The notes under the pieces were generated by a model that had not been told where the DNA came from, ran no database searches, and saw only the letters and a program-made list of their open reading frames with translations. 64,000 nucleotides of DNA from an uncultured Acidimicrobiia bacterium (GTDB lineage: Bacteria; Actinomycetota; Acidimicrobiia; Acidimicrobiales; AC-14): positions 32,001-96,000 of the forward strand of contig CAWIIV010000020.1 in assembly GCA_963836205.1 (NCBI GenBank), given 5' to 3'. Below, piece by piece: positions 10,730-20,847 of the stretch. A program made the translations under genes and the position numbers. The stretch's first letter is position 1. Each line of letters begins with the position of its first letter.

Positions 10730-12085
10730 CTGCGGCATCAGGTTCGGGACTGCTCGAACTGGCAGAGCGGGTGGTGGCCGGCGCCCGGCCGGGCGAGCAG
10801 GTGGAGGCCTACGTCGGCCGGTCGTCCCGAACCGAGGTCAAGATCTTCGACGGTAAGGTGGAGTCGCTGTCGTCGGCCGATACCGCCGGCATCGGCGTGC
10901 GGGTGGTGGTCGACGGCCGCCAGGGGTTCGCCTACGCCGGCTCGCTCGACGAGTCGGTCATGGCCGAGGTGCTGGCCGAGGCCCGCGACAACGCCTCCTT
11001 CGGCACGGTCGACGAGTTCCTCGGCCTGGTCGCGCCCGACGGGGTGGCCGCCGCCGACCTCGACCTGTTCCGGGAGGACCTGGCCGACTTCCCCACCGAC
11101 CGCAAGGTGCAGCTGGCCCTCGACGTCGACCGGGCCACCCGCTCCGCCGACTCCCGCATCCGGGGCCTGGAGAGCGCGGGCTACGGCGACTCGTCCTCCG
11201 GCGTCGGCCATCGCGTCCACCGAGGGCATCCGGGTCACCGGCCGGCGCACGAACTGCTCGGTGTGGGCCGAGGCCCTGGCCGGCGAGGGCACCGAGACCC
11301 AGACCGGTTACGGCTACTCCGTCGGCCGCAGCCCCGGCGACCTCGACCTGGCCAAGGCCGCCGAGCAGGCCGCCGACCGGGCCACCCGCCTGCTCGGCGC
11401 CCGCAAGCCCGCGTCCCGGCGGCTGACGGTGATCTTCGACCCCAAGGTCACGGCGTCGTTCCTGGGCGTGCTGTCGTCGACCCTGAGCGCCGAGTCCGCC
11501 ATCAAGGGCCGGTCGCTGTTCGCCGGCCGCGACGGCGAGGCGGTGGCGGTCGACCTCATCACCCTGGTCGACGACCCCACCGAGCCCGAGGCCTACGGCG
11601 CCTCCCGGTTCGACGCCGAGGGCCTGGCCAGCCGGCGCAACCTCCTGATCGACGGCGGGGTCCTGGCCGGGTTCCTGCACAACTCCTACACCGGCCGCCG
11701 CACCGGACGGGCGTCGAACGCGGCCGCGGTGCGGGGCGGCTACATGACCGGCCCCGGCGTCGGCAGCCGGGCGTTGACGCTGACGCCGGGCGACAAGTCG
11801 GCCGACGAGCTGCTGGCGGAAACCGGCGAGGGCCTGCTGGTGCAGTCGGTGAGCGGGCTGCACTCGGGCGTCAACCCCGTGAGCGGCGACTTCTCCGTGG
11901 GCGTCGAGGGGCTCATGGTGCGGGGCGGCGAGCGGGCCGAGCCGGTGCGGGAGGCCACCATCGCATCGACCCTCCAACGGATGCTGCACGACGTGGTGGC
12001 CGTCGGCGGCGACCGCGAGTGGCTGCCCGGCGGCGCCGCAGGCGTCACCCTCGTCATCCGCGACGTCACCCTGAGCGGGTCGTAG
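10726..12085 (+). CDS. tldE: TldE/PmbA protein, frameshift near 11200
   Basis: GIGVRVVVDGRQGFAY in one frame; FDAEG, GVNPVSGDFS in ORF 11261..12085; GTG start overlaps the tldD stop. Confidence 0.85.
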
Positions 12086-12095
12086 CCCCGGGCGG

Positions 12096-12540
12096 GTGCC
12101 GAACCGTCACCTGGCGCAGTTCAACGTCGCCCGGCTCCAGGGAGCCGCTCGACGAGGCGGTGTGGCGGGAGTTCCTCGACGGGCTCGACCGGGCCAACCG
12201 GCTGGCCGAGGTGAGCCCCGGGTTCGTGTGGCGGCTGGTCGTCCCCGAGGGCCACGTCGTGCGGGACGGGATGTTCGCCAACCTGTCGGTGTGGGAGTCG
12301 TACGAGGCCCTCCACGCCTTCGTCTACCGGAGCGACCACGGCTCCTTCACCCGGCGGCGTCGGCGCTGGTTCGAGCCGGTCGCGGGCCCGACGACGGTGC
12401 TGTGGTGGGTGCCGGAGGGCGAGCAGCCGACGCTGGAGCAAGCCCAGGTCCGGCTCGACCACCTCCGCGGCCACGGTCCGACGGCGCGGGCGTTCTCCCT
12501 GCTCCACCAGTTCGACGCCGACGGGCAGCGCCCGGCCTAC
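12096..12540 (+). CDS. DUF3291 family protein, frameshift near 12140; 3' end uncertain
   Basis: HLAQFNVARL...NRLAEVSPGFVWRL...NLSVWES...RRRWF...LWWVPEG...GPTARAF. Confidence 0.75.
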
Positions 12541-12890
12541 GCCACGAGGCAGAACTCGTGGCCTTCGGGATCGAGCATGACCTGGAACCGGCCCTGCTCG
12601 TCCTTGATGACGGGACCCGTGGCGGTAGCCCCGAGGGCGACACACCGTTCGGTGGCGTCGGCGATGTCGGCCACCTCGACGTCGAGGTGGAGCCGGTTCT
12701 TGCCCTGCTTTGGCTCGGGCACCCGCTGGAACGCGATCCGGAGGCCGCCCGAGGGGTCGCTCACGATGACCCAGTCGGGCGTGCGGACGAAGACCTCGCG
12801 GCCGAGCACCGCGGCCCAGAAGGTGGCCAGTCGGTTGGGGTCGAGACAGTCGACCACCAGCTCGTCGATGGTGCCGACGGGGCCGTCCAT
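12537..12890 (-). CDS. VOC/glyoxalase-like protein
   Basis: FQRVPEPKQGKNRLHLD, DPEGHEFC. Confidence 0.9.
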   Translation of the reverse strand: MDGPVGTIDELVVDCLDPNRLATFWAAVLGREVFVRTPDWVIVSDPSGGLRIAFQRVPEPKQGKNRLHLDVEVADIADATERCVALGATATGPVIKDEQGRFQVMLDPEGHEFCLVA

Positions 12891-12924
12891 CGGGTCAAGA
12901 GTAGGCCGCTAGCGTCAGGCGGTC

Positions 12925-13794
12925 GTGCTCCTCGCCGCCTCGCCAGACACCATCCCCGTCCTCCATGCCATCGTGCTCGGGATCGTGCAGGGGCTGTCGG
13001 AGTTCCTCCCCATCTCGTCCAGCGGGCACCTCATCCTCGTCCCCTGGTTGTTCGGCTGGACGGAGCTGACCGGCTCGGCCAACGCCGACTTCAACCGCAC
13101 CTTCGACGTGGCCCTGCACCTGGGAACCTTCGTGGGAGCGGCGGCCTACTTCCGGGCCGACCTGGTGCGGTTGGCGGGCGCGGCGTGGACGTCGCTGCGG
13201 ACCCGCCGGGTGGACGGGCCCGACCAGCGGATGGCGTGGCTGCTGGCCCTGTCGGCCCTCCCTGGGGCGACCGTCGGCGCTGTGCTGGAGACGACCATCG
13301 GCGACTCGCTCGGCAGCCAGATCTGGCTCATCGCGGTGTTGCTGATCGTGTTCGGGCTGGTCCTGCTGGTGGCCGACCGTCTGCCCGGGGACCGGGGCGA
13401 GCAAGAGTTCGGTTTTCGGGACGCGGCCGTGATGGGGCTGTGCCAGGCCGGGGCCCTCGTGCCGGGCGTGTCGCGGTCGGGGATCACCATCACGTCGGGG
13501 CGCTTCCTCGGCTTCCAACGGGACGCCGCCGCCCGCCTCTCCTTCCTCATGAGCCTGCCCATCATCGCCGGTGCCGGCCTCTATCAAGGGGCCAAGGTGG
13601 TCGCCGGTGGCGGCTTGCCCGCGGGGTCGCTGCCCGCCTTCGCCTGGGGGATGCTGGCGTCGGGAGTCACGGGCGCGCTGGCGGTGTGGCTGGTGCTGCG
13701 GGTGGTGCGGACGCAGTCGTTCGCCCCCTTCGTCATCTACCGGGTGATGGCGGGCCTGGTGGTGCTGGGCCTGCTGGCGACGAACTTCCGCTGA
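12925..13794 (+). CDS. uppP: Undecaprenyl-diphosphate phosphatase
   Basis: GIVQGLSEFLPISSSGH, PGVSRSGIT, FVIYR. Confidence 0.93.
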   Translation: MLLAASPDTIPVLHAIVLGIVQGLSEFLPISSSGHLILVPWLFGWTELTGSANADFNRTFDVALHLGTFVGAAAYFRADLVRLAGAAWTSLRTRRVDGPDQRMAWLLALSALPGATVGAVLETTIGDSLGSQIWLIAVLLIVFGLVLLVADRLPGDRGEQEFGFRDAAVMGLCQAGALVPGVSRSGITITSGRFLGFQRDAAARLSFLMSLPIIAGAGLYQGAKVVAGGGLPAGSLPAFAWGMLASGVTGALAVWLVLRVVRTQSFAPFVIYRVMAGLVVLGLLATNFR

Positions 13795-14434
13795 CGCCCG
13801 GGTCGGGGGCCTCGGGCGCGGCCAACGCCAGGGTGACAACCCCGCTGGCCAGGGCGAACGCGACCCGGGCGGCTTCGTCAGGGGACACCGCCACCGCCGC
13901 CGACTCGTCCCCCACGTCGACCACGACCGCGTCGGTGGCCACGGGGAACGTGGGCGGGGTGCCCTCGGCCGCGTCGGCCAGGTCGAAGGTGGCGAGCACG
14001 TCGACCGCGTCGCCCCGGACGAGAGCGAGGCTGGGCCGGGCGTTGGGCACCGCCACCGCCCGGCTCCCCGGCGGAAGGAGGGCGGCGAGCCCCCGCCGGC
14101 CGTCGGGCGCGAGCTGGCCGGCCACGATGGGCAGCCCTGGAAACACGGGGGCGACGACGGTGCGCCCTCGGGCGTCGTCGGGGGACATAAGCGCCCCGTC
14201 GGCCACCAGGGAGGCGGGGACGAGTCGGACGGACACGTCGTCGTCGCCAACCACCGAGCCCGGCTCGAGGGCGTGCACCGCCACCACCACCGGCCGGAGC
14301 GGCCCGTACTGGGCGGCGAGGGCGCCGGCGTTGCCCACGATCCGCGCCGCCACCATCCCGGTGAACAAGGCGAGCACGCCGACGACCAGCCAATAGGCAA
14401 TCGGAGAACGGGTGATACGAACGGACCGCCACAC
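13733..14434 (-). CDS. SAF-domain / CpaB-like protein
   Basis: GAGGAGG RBS before GTG; TM helix, VVVAVHALEPGSVV (SAF), RAVAVP...GDAVDVL. Confidence 0.7.
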   Translation of the reverse strand: MWRSVRITRSPIAYWLVVGVLALFTGMVAARIVGNAGALAAQYGPLRPVVVAVHALEPGSVVGDDDVSVRLVPASLVADGALMSPDDARGRTVVAPVFPGLPIVAGQLAPDGRRGLAALLPPGSRAVAVPNARPSLALVRGDAVDVLATFDLADAAEGTPPTFPVATDAVVVDVGDESAAVAVSPDEAARVAFALASGVVTLALAAPEAPDPGVSGSSSPAGPAPPGPPSPGR

Positions 14435-14766
14435 GGCCAACCTCCTCGACGGAACCCAAACGGGAGGAGGAAGTGGCGCCGAGAATATCGCGGCCGAGGG
14501 GGCGGGGGGGCCGGGCCCGGCGGCGGTGGCGGGGGGCGGCGCGGCTCGGCAGCGGGTAGCGGCGTGGTCGGCGAAGCGGAGTGGCTCGGCGGGGTGGCGG
14601 CGGGTGGCCGGGTGGCGGGGTGGCAAGAGATTAAGGGCATGCGTCGGCTGCTCCGGCGCACGATCTCCCGTCGCCCGCCGCGATCACCGAGCGAGCCAGT
14701 CTTGGACGAGCGCGAAACCTCATCGTCGCCACCATCGGCCGCGCCGGAGTCAAGCTTGCCACCGCG

Positions 14767-15909
14767 TCACCCCGGCTCCGCTCTCGGTGGTGACGTGGCC
14801 CGGACCATGCCGGTGGCGTCGGTGACCTCGAAGGTGGCGTCGGGCAGGAGCTTGGCCTGCCAGTCGGGTTGGTGGAGGCGGTGGTGATGGCGGCTGCACA
14901 GCAGAACGAGGTTGTTCATCTCCGTCGGCCCGCCGTGGGTGACCCAGCGCACGTGATGGGCCTCGCACCACGACGAGGGACGGTCGCAGCCCGGGAAGCG
15001 GCATCCCTCGTCCCGGATGACCAGTGCGCTCCACAGGGTGGCGGGGATGGTCCTCGTCGACGTGCCGTAGTCGAGGACGGCCGAGCGGCCCCTGGTCAGG
15101 ACCCGGTGCAGGTTGGAGTCGCACAGCATCGTCGACAGGGTCGGCCCGTCGAGTCCGGGACCGCCGATGACCCGTCCGCCCCGGCCCTCCTGGAGGGCGT
15201 CGAGGTCGACGACCACGTTGAGATGGGGACGGTGGCGACCTGCGGGGATGGACTGCTGGTGGTCGAGGAAGAACCGGCTCACGGCCACGAGGGCGTCGGC
15301 CCGGCGCTGGGCCGGGCTGAGCCCGGGATCGTTCACCGTGGCCAGGCGCAGGGCGGTGGCCACCACCGCCCCGCCCTCGGCGTCGAGATGGCCCTCGATG
15401 ACGTGGCGGCCGTCCAACGTCGCCGACAGGTGCAGGCTGCGCTCGGGCTCGGCTGAGTCCTTGGCTTCCTCGACCTGTTCCTTCCAGGCGGCCATGGCCC
15501 GGGCACAGCCGGCCAGGGTCAACGGGGCCAGGTAGGGAACCAGCTCGGACTCGGCCCCGGCGAAGGCGTCGATGGTGGAATCGTCCAGCTTGGCCACGAT
15601 CACCTCGACCTGGCCCTTGGCCAATTCCCGTTGCGCGAGGGCAGCGGCGCATACCGGCAGCTTCCGCAGCCGGCCGGCGAGCGATACCAGGCCATGAGCC
15701 GACCTCGAGGTCATGGAGGCCTTGTCCCGCAGCCAGGCCGTCATCGACGTGGCCCCGTCCAGGTCCCACAAACCGGCGGCGTCGAAGTCGCCCACGGCCT
15801 CGGCGATGCGGGCGTCGAGGAGATCCCGCAGGGCCAGCAGCTGCGCCAACGCAGCACCCTCGGTCGGCACCCGCAGCTTCTCGATCGCCTCGGCCAGGTC
15901 CTCCAGCAC
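14767..15909 (-). CDS. DUF222 (13E12 repeat family) HNH endonuclease
   Basis: QRRADAL, RDEGCRFPGC...CEAHHV...NLVLLCSRHH. Confidence 0.9.
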   Translation of the reverse strand: MLEDLAEAIEKLRVPTEGAALAQLLALRDLLDARIAEAVGDFDAAGLWDLDGATSMTAWLRDKASMTSRSAHGLVSLAGRLRKLPVCAAALAQRELAKGQVEVIVAKLDDSTIDAFAGAESELVPYLAPLTLAGCARAMAAWKEQVEEAKDSAEPERSLHLSATLDGRHVIEGHLDAEGGAVVATALRLATVNDPGLSPAQRRADALVAVSRFFLDHQQSIPAGRHRPHLNVVVDLDALQEGRGGRVIGGPGLDGPTLSTMLCDSNLHRVLTRGRSAVLDYGTSTRTIPATLWSALVIRDEGCRFPGCDRPSSWCEAHHVRWVTHGGPTEMNNLVLLCSRHHHRLHQPDWQAKLLPDATFEVTDATGMVRATSPPRAEPG

Positions 15910-15915
15910 GGTCTC

Positions 15916-15944
15916 ATCGTACTAGTGTTCGATCAATAGCGCAA
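15916..15944 (-). promoter_or_regulatory. SigA-type promoter (TTGCGC-17-TACGAT) overlapped by a LexA/SOS box, probably leaderless
   Basis: TCGTAC-TAGT-GTTCGA at 15917-15932, one mismatch to actinobacterial TCGAAC-N4-GTTCGA; -10 box 6 nt upstream of the GTG start. Confidence 0.75.
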
Positions 15945-16060
15945 GTCGCTAACTGGTAAATGGGGCAGCGGTTTGGCCTTCTATGACTCCGATGTTTTCG
16001 ACCTCGTCATCCGCAATCGGCGGAGCAGTGTCGACGCGAGCCCTGCCGTCCTTGGCCCCT

Positions 16061-16402
16061 CTACTGCCTTCCTCGGTGCGGTCGCCGTCGTCGGCACGAG
16101 AAGACCATGAGCTCGCTGCACTCGACACCCCGATCGACCAGCTCCTGACGGGCGGCGGCGGCGGCGGCGTCGGCGACCACCAGTTGCAGGCCCCGCATCG
16201 AGCCGGCCGCCATCTCCCGTTGCGATGGCAGGTCGCCGAACACGATCGAGCAGGCCGAGCCTCGAGGCGTCAACTGGGTGACATGCATGTGCTCGTTGGT
16301 GGTCTCGTGATCGAGGTCGAAGCCGACCTGGTAGCGGTAGAAGGCGATCGAGGCGGCGATGTCGCTCACCGGGAGGACGACGACTTCCAGGGTCCAATCC
16401 AC
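16061..16402 (-). pseudogene. VOC family protein, C-terminus apparently truncated or degenerate
   Basis: WTLEVVVLPVSD...QLTPRGSACSIVFG...GLQLVVAD; lacks the usual DPDGN ending. Confidence 0.6.
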
Positions 16403-16658
16403 GATCCTCGTCCTCCGCCTCAGGTGGTGACTGGCCGGTAGTTGCAGAGGTGCACCCCGGTGGTGGTTGTCGTGGTGGACACCAGCTCGAGCCTCCGGAC
16501 CAGCCCGTCGTCGGGGAAGAGTCGCTTACCGCCACCGAGCAACACCGGCTCGATCATCAACCGGTACTCGTCGACGAGTTCGTGTCGGATGAGTTGCGAG
16601 GCGAGATTGCTGCTCCCCATCACCTGGATGTCACCGCCCGGCTCCGCCCGGATTTTCC

Positions 16659-18071
16659 CCCTCTTCGCGAAAGCTGGTGACGGCCTCTCGTGAAGGGGCG
16701 CCGGTGCCGTAGCCGGTATCCACCATCTGGGCCACCGGGCCTCCTGAACTGGTCAGTGACGAAGCTGATCGAACAAGGAGGCCTGGTGGCTGCCCTCGAC
16801 GCTATGACGATCCGCCTGCACCTGCGCGCGGTGCGTGTACTGGAGGTGGTGGAGGACCTGCCCGAGTCCCTGGTGGTGGCGGTGGTGGCCATCGCCAACG
16901 TGATCCGCTGCTCGGCCTGCGGGCACAAGACGGCCCGGGTGCATGCCACCCGCAAGGTCCGCATCGCCGACCTGGCCGTGTCGGGACGGCCCGTCACCCT
17001 GGTCTGGCACCGCCGCCGGTTCCGGTGCAAGAACTGTCGCACGACGACGACGGAGAGCCATCCGTTCTTCGTCGACCGCATGACCAGGCGACTGGCCCGG
17101 GCGGTGGTGGCCGACGCCAAGGACATGACCGTTTCCGCCGTGGCCCGCCGCCACGGACTGTCCTGGCACCGGGTGATGCGCCTGGTGCTGGCCGAGGGCG
17201 AGCTGCTGGCCCGGGCTCGACGGCGTCGTCCGTGCCGGGTGCTGCTGGTCGACGAGAAGTCGATGCGCAAGGGCCGGGGCCAGTTCTCCACCATCCTCAC
17301 CGACGGCGACCGGGGCGCCGTCATCGCCGTGCTCAAGGGCCGCTCGGCGGATGTGCTGGGGGGCTTCCTCGCAGCTCAGAGCCCATCTTGGCGAGGGGGC
17401 GTGTCGGTGGTGGTGACCGACATGGCCGAGTGCTACCGGGTTGCGGTGCGCAAGCACCTGCCCCACGCCCGCCACGTGGCGGATCGGTTCCATGTCGTGC
17501 GCGGCTTCGCCAAGGTGCTGGTCAGCGCCCGCCGGGACGCCCAGCGCAGCCCCCTCGGCCAGCCGCATGACGCCGAGGTGTTCCGGGCCCGGTTCCTGCT
17601 GATGAAGCGGCTCGACCGACTCAGCGGCGAGGAGATGGCCCGCCTGGGCGCACTCTTCGACGCCCATCCCGAGCTCGGCGTGGTGTGGGGCCTGGTGCAG
17701 AGATTTCACGTCGTGTTCTGCGCCGAGAACGACGCCGACGCCGAGCAAGCGCTGGACTGGTTCACCGACGCCTACCTGGCCGCGGGAATCAACCTGGGAT
17801 CGGCCATCACCACGTTCTGCCGCTGGGGGGTCGAGGCGCTCAACTTCCACAAGACCGACCGGGCCACCAACGGAGCCTCGGAGGGGGTGAACACCCGCAT
17901 CGAGGTGCTGGAGCGAATGGCGTACGGGTTCGCCTCCAGAGCCAACTACCGAGCCCGGGTGCTTCTGTTCTGCTCCGGTCACCCGCCAGCGCTGGCGAGC
18001 TGAGGCCGGGATCGCCGATGATGACGGGGAAGCCATTCAGGCGGCGCGATCACCAGGTTTCGCGAAGAACC
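16659..18071 (+). mobile_element. ISL3-family insertion sequence (~1.41 kb)
   Basis: Imperfect 22-bp terminal IRs (CCCTCTTCGCGAAAGCTGGTGA / TCACCAGGTTTCGCGAAGAACC); 8-bp TSD GATTTTCC at 16651-16658 and 18072-18079. Confidence 0.92.
16786..18003 (+). CDS. ISL3-family transposase
   Basis: AAGGAGG RBS; zinc finger CSAC..CKNC; VDE, TDM, DRFH, TNGASEGVN...AYGF. Confidence 0.93.
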   Translation: MAALDAMTIRLHLRAVRVLEVVEDLPESLVVAVVAIANVIRCSACGHKTARVHATRKVRIADLAVSGRPVTLVWHRRRFRCKNCRTTTTESHPFFVDRMTRRLARAVVADAKDMTVSAVARRHGLSWHRVMRLVLAEGELLARARRRRPCRVLLVDEKSMRKGRGQFSTILTDGDRGAVIAVLKGRSADVLGGFLAAQSPSWRGGVSVVVTDMAECYRVAVRKHLPHARHVADRFHVVRGFAKVLVSARRDAQRSPLGQPHDAEVFRARFLLMKRLDRLSGEEMARLGALFDAHPELGVVWGLVQRFHVVFCAENDADAEQALDWFTDAYLAAGINLGSAITTFCRWGVEALNFHKTDRATNGASEGVNTRIEVLERMAYGFASRANYRARVLLFCSGHPPALAS

Positions 18072-18518
18072 GATTTTCCGCACCGCGCCGATGACGTCAT
18101 CCGGGGGGAGCAGCGTCGAGCTCGTCCAGTGGAGGTCGTCCTGGGTCAACGTCCGGGAGGCGACGTACTTGGGAATCTCGTTCATACGATCGGCGAAAGG
18201 ATCTCCCGCTCGGCGCGGCCACGCGGCCGCCATCGTCTGCCAGGTGCGGCGGCCGAACAGCAGCGCGACGGTGCCGTCCATCACCTCCTGCAGCACCGGA
18301 CCCATCGTCTCCGCCTCGAAGAACCGCATCGACCAGCCACCGTGGGCGAACCCGCCGTCGGGGTCCTCCTTGCGGCCTCCGGGCGCCTGCACGACCCCGT
18401 CGAGGCTCATGAAGTCACTGAGGATGATGCGCATGTCACTCCTTGCCCGTCGTGGTGACTACCTGCACCGGATCAGCGCCCCGAACTCATCGCCGTTCCC
18501 GTTGGCTCGCCCGGCGCT

Positions 18519-19363
18519 TCAGGCTTCGGCGGCCGGCGGACCGGGCTCGTCGCCGGGCGGGGCCGGCTCGGCCGCCGGCGGGAAGGGCTCGTCGCCGGGA
18601 GGGGCCGCGGCCCTCTCGGCGTCCACCACCGTCTCGACGCCCGCCGCGGTCGTGGCGTCCGTGGCCGTCGTGGTTGCCGCCGCCTCGGTGTCCGCCGCCG
18701 TGGCACCCGCCGCCTTCTTGGCGACCGGTGCCTTCTTCGCCACAGCCGCCTTTTGACCGCCGCCTTCTTGACCGCCGCCTTCTTGACCGCCGCCTTCTTG
18801 ACCGCCGCCTTTGTGGCCGCCGGCGCCTTGCTCACCGCGGCCGCCTTCTTCCCCGCCGGCGCCTTCGCCACGGCCGTCCGAGCGGCAGGCGCCCGCTTTA
18901 CCGGCGGCGCCTCCTCGGCCGTCGACATCTCCGCGGGAGCGTCCTCGACGACCGGCGGAGCGTCCTCGGCATAGGACGGCGCTTCCTCGGCCACGGGCGG
19001 GGCCTCGTCGACGACCGGCGGCGCCTCCTCAGCCATGGGCGGCGTCTCCTCGATCACGGGCGGAGCCGCCTCGGCCATCGGGGGCGGCGGCTCGTCCGGC
19101 CTCCCGCCCGGGAGGTGGACGACCTTTTCGACCCTCTCGACGACCTTGGAGACCGCCTTCTTGGCCGCCCCCTTCTTGGAGGACGCCTGCTTGCCCGCCT
19201 TCTTGGCCGCCTCGACCACGCCGAACTTGGGCCAGGAGACCTGCTCGCCCTTCTTGGCCGCCTTCTTGGCGGTGTCGAAGAAGGCGTCGAGGACCTTCTC
19301 CGCCTCCCGCCTGGCGACTCCGGCTCCCTTGGCCACCTGCTTCACCAACTCGGACTTCTTCAT
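18519..19363 (-). CDS. HU-like N-terminal domain plus Pro/Glu-rich and AAVKK histone-like repeats; frameshift near 18755
   Basis: [11 protein letters not shown]...EKVLDAFFD...[10 protein letters not shown] is the HU N-terminal body; 15-bp AAVKK repeats at 18745-18812. Confidence 0.75.
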
Positions 19364-19383
19364 AGTCAGGCAGGATAGAGGCC

Positions 19384-19806
19384 GTGGTGAACATCCGGTC
19401 GGTGACGACCGCCTTCCTCGTGGCCCTCGCCTTGACCGCCTGTGGCGACAAGGCCGAGCGCACCAACTTCCGTCCGCCCGAGCTCGGCGTGCCCGCGACC
19501 GCGGCCGACATCACCGGCATCTACCGGTCGGTCCACCAGGGACTCCTCCAACTCCGGGACAACGGCGAGCTCAACCTCATCCTTCCCGAAGGACCCGGCG
19601 CCACCACCGGAAGCTTCACCCTCGCCCACGGCGCGGCGACGGTCCGCACCGCCAACTGCGCCGACCAGGTGGGCGCCTACACGATCGAAGTGGTGGCCGG
19701 ACCCATCGTCAGCAAGTCGACCCTCGTCTTCGAGGCGGTCGACGATCCCTGCGCCGAGCGCCAGAAGTACCTCACCATCGACCCCTGGGTCTACGCCGAC
19801 TCCTGA
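19384..19806 (+). CDS. Hypothetical lipoprotein
   Basis: Lipobox LALTAC after a hydrophobic stretch. Confidence 0.75.
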   Translation: MVNIRSVTTAFLVALALTACGDKAERTNFRPPELGVPATAADITGIYRSVHQGLLQLRDNGELNLILPEGPGATTGSFTLAHGAATVRTANCADQVGAYTIEVVAGPIVSKSTLVFEAVDDPCAERQKYLTIDPWVYADS

Positions 19807-20763
19807 GGGGCCTCGACTCCTGAGGGGCCGACTCCTGAGGGGCCGACTCCTGAGGGGCCGACTCCCCGCCACCGACTCCTGAGGGGCCGACTCCCCCGCC
19901 ACCGACTCCTGAGGGGCCGACTCCCCCGCCACCGACTCCTGAGGGGCCGACTCCCCCGCCACCGACTCCTGAGCGGCCGACTCCCCCGCCACCGACTCCT
20001 GGCCGGCGCCCAGCCGCTCGGCCACCAGCGTGGCCAGATCGTCGAACACGTACTCGGGAGGGTCGTCGATCGGCTCCTCCGCCGTCACCCCGCTCATCAC
20101 GAGGGCGAACGGCACGCGCAGGCGGCGGGCCATGAGCCCGTCGGTCGACGGCCGGTCGCCGACCAGGATCGTCTCCCCCTCGCTCCCCCGCTCGTCCCCG
20201 AGCCGCTCGGCCAGCAGCGTGGCCATGGGCTTGTAGGGCTTGCCCGCCACCTCCGCCTCGACGCCCGCGGCCGCCACCACCGCGGCCAGGATCGCACCCC
20301 CGCCGGGGATGGGGCCGTCGGGCGTGGGATAGGTGGTGTCGTCGTTGGTCCCGATCAGGCGGGCGCCGTGGTGGACGGCGAGGAAGGCGGCCGTCAAACG
20401 GTCGTAGTCGAAGTCCCGGTGGAAGCCGACCACGACCGCGTCGGCGTCGCCGTCCCGGACGACCTCGACGCCCCGGGCCTCGAGCGCCTCCCGCACCCCG
20501 GCTCCGGCGCACAGCAGGGCCGTGCTCCCCGGCTCCAGCAGCGACGCCGCCGCCTGGGCCGACGTGACCACCTCGTCGGCGGTGGCCGGCACGCCCATCC
20601 CCTCCAGCTTGGCCACCAGCTCGGACACGCGGGGACCGGCGTTGTTGGTGAGGAAGATGACTCGGTGCCCAGCCTCACGCAAAGTGGCGATGGCTTCAGT
20701 CGAACCCGGTATCGGTTGCTCCGACAACCACACCACGCCGTCGAGATCGAGAATCCAGGCCAC
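19772..20763 (-). CDS. HAD-IIA (NagD-like) hydrolase with repeat tail; 3' end uncertain
   Basis: ILDLDGVVW, FLTNN, TNDD, AGKP, VGDRPSTDG. Confidence 0.88.
19795..20000. repeat. Tandem 15/30-bp repeat (GACTCCTGAGGGGCC / GACTCCCCCGCCACC)
   Basis: About thirteen GACTCC-anchored units with no spacers; encodes QESVAGESAP repeats on the minus strand. Confidence 0.9.
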
Positions 20764-20847
20764 GGGAGGCCCCTTTGTAGCAGCCGGCGACGGCCGACCC
20801 CGACGACCCCCGCCGGCGACCCCAGCGACGTCGCGAGTGCCCACGCC

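Larger units (their letters stand above)
16420..18434 (-). pseudogene. Dihydrofolate reductase/RibD-C family gene split by ISL3
   Basis: N half MSLDGVVQAPGG...FGRRTW...VRKI; C half RAEPGGDIQVMGS...VDEYRLMIEPVLLGGGKRLF; rejoins in frame when the IS and one TSD copy are removed. Confidence 0.88.

Noticed and set aside
19795-20000. Possible CRISPR array
   Set aside because: Units are contiguous with no unique spacers and there are no cas genes; it is a simple tandem repeat.
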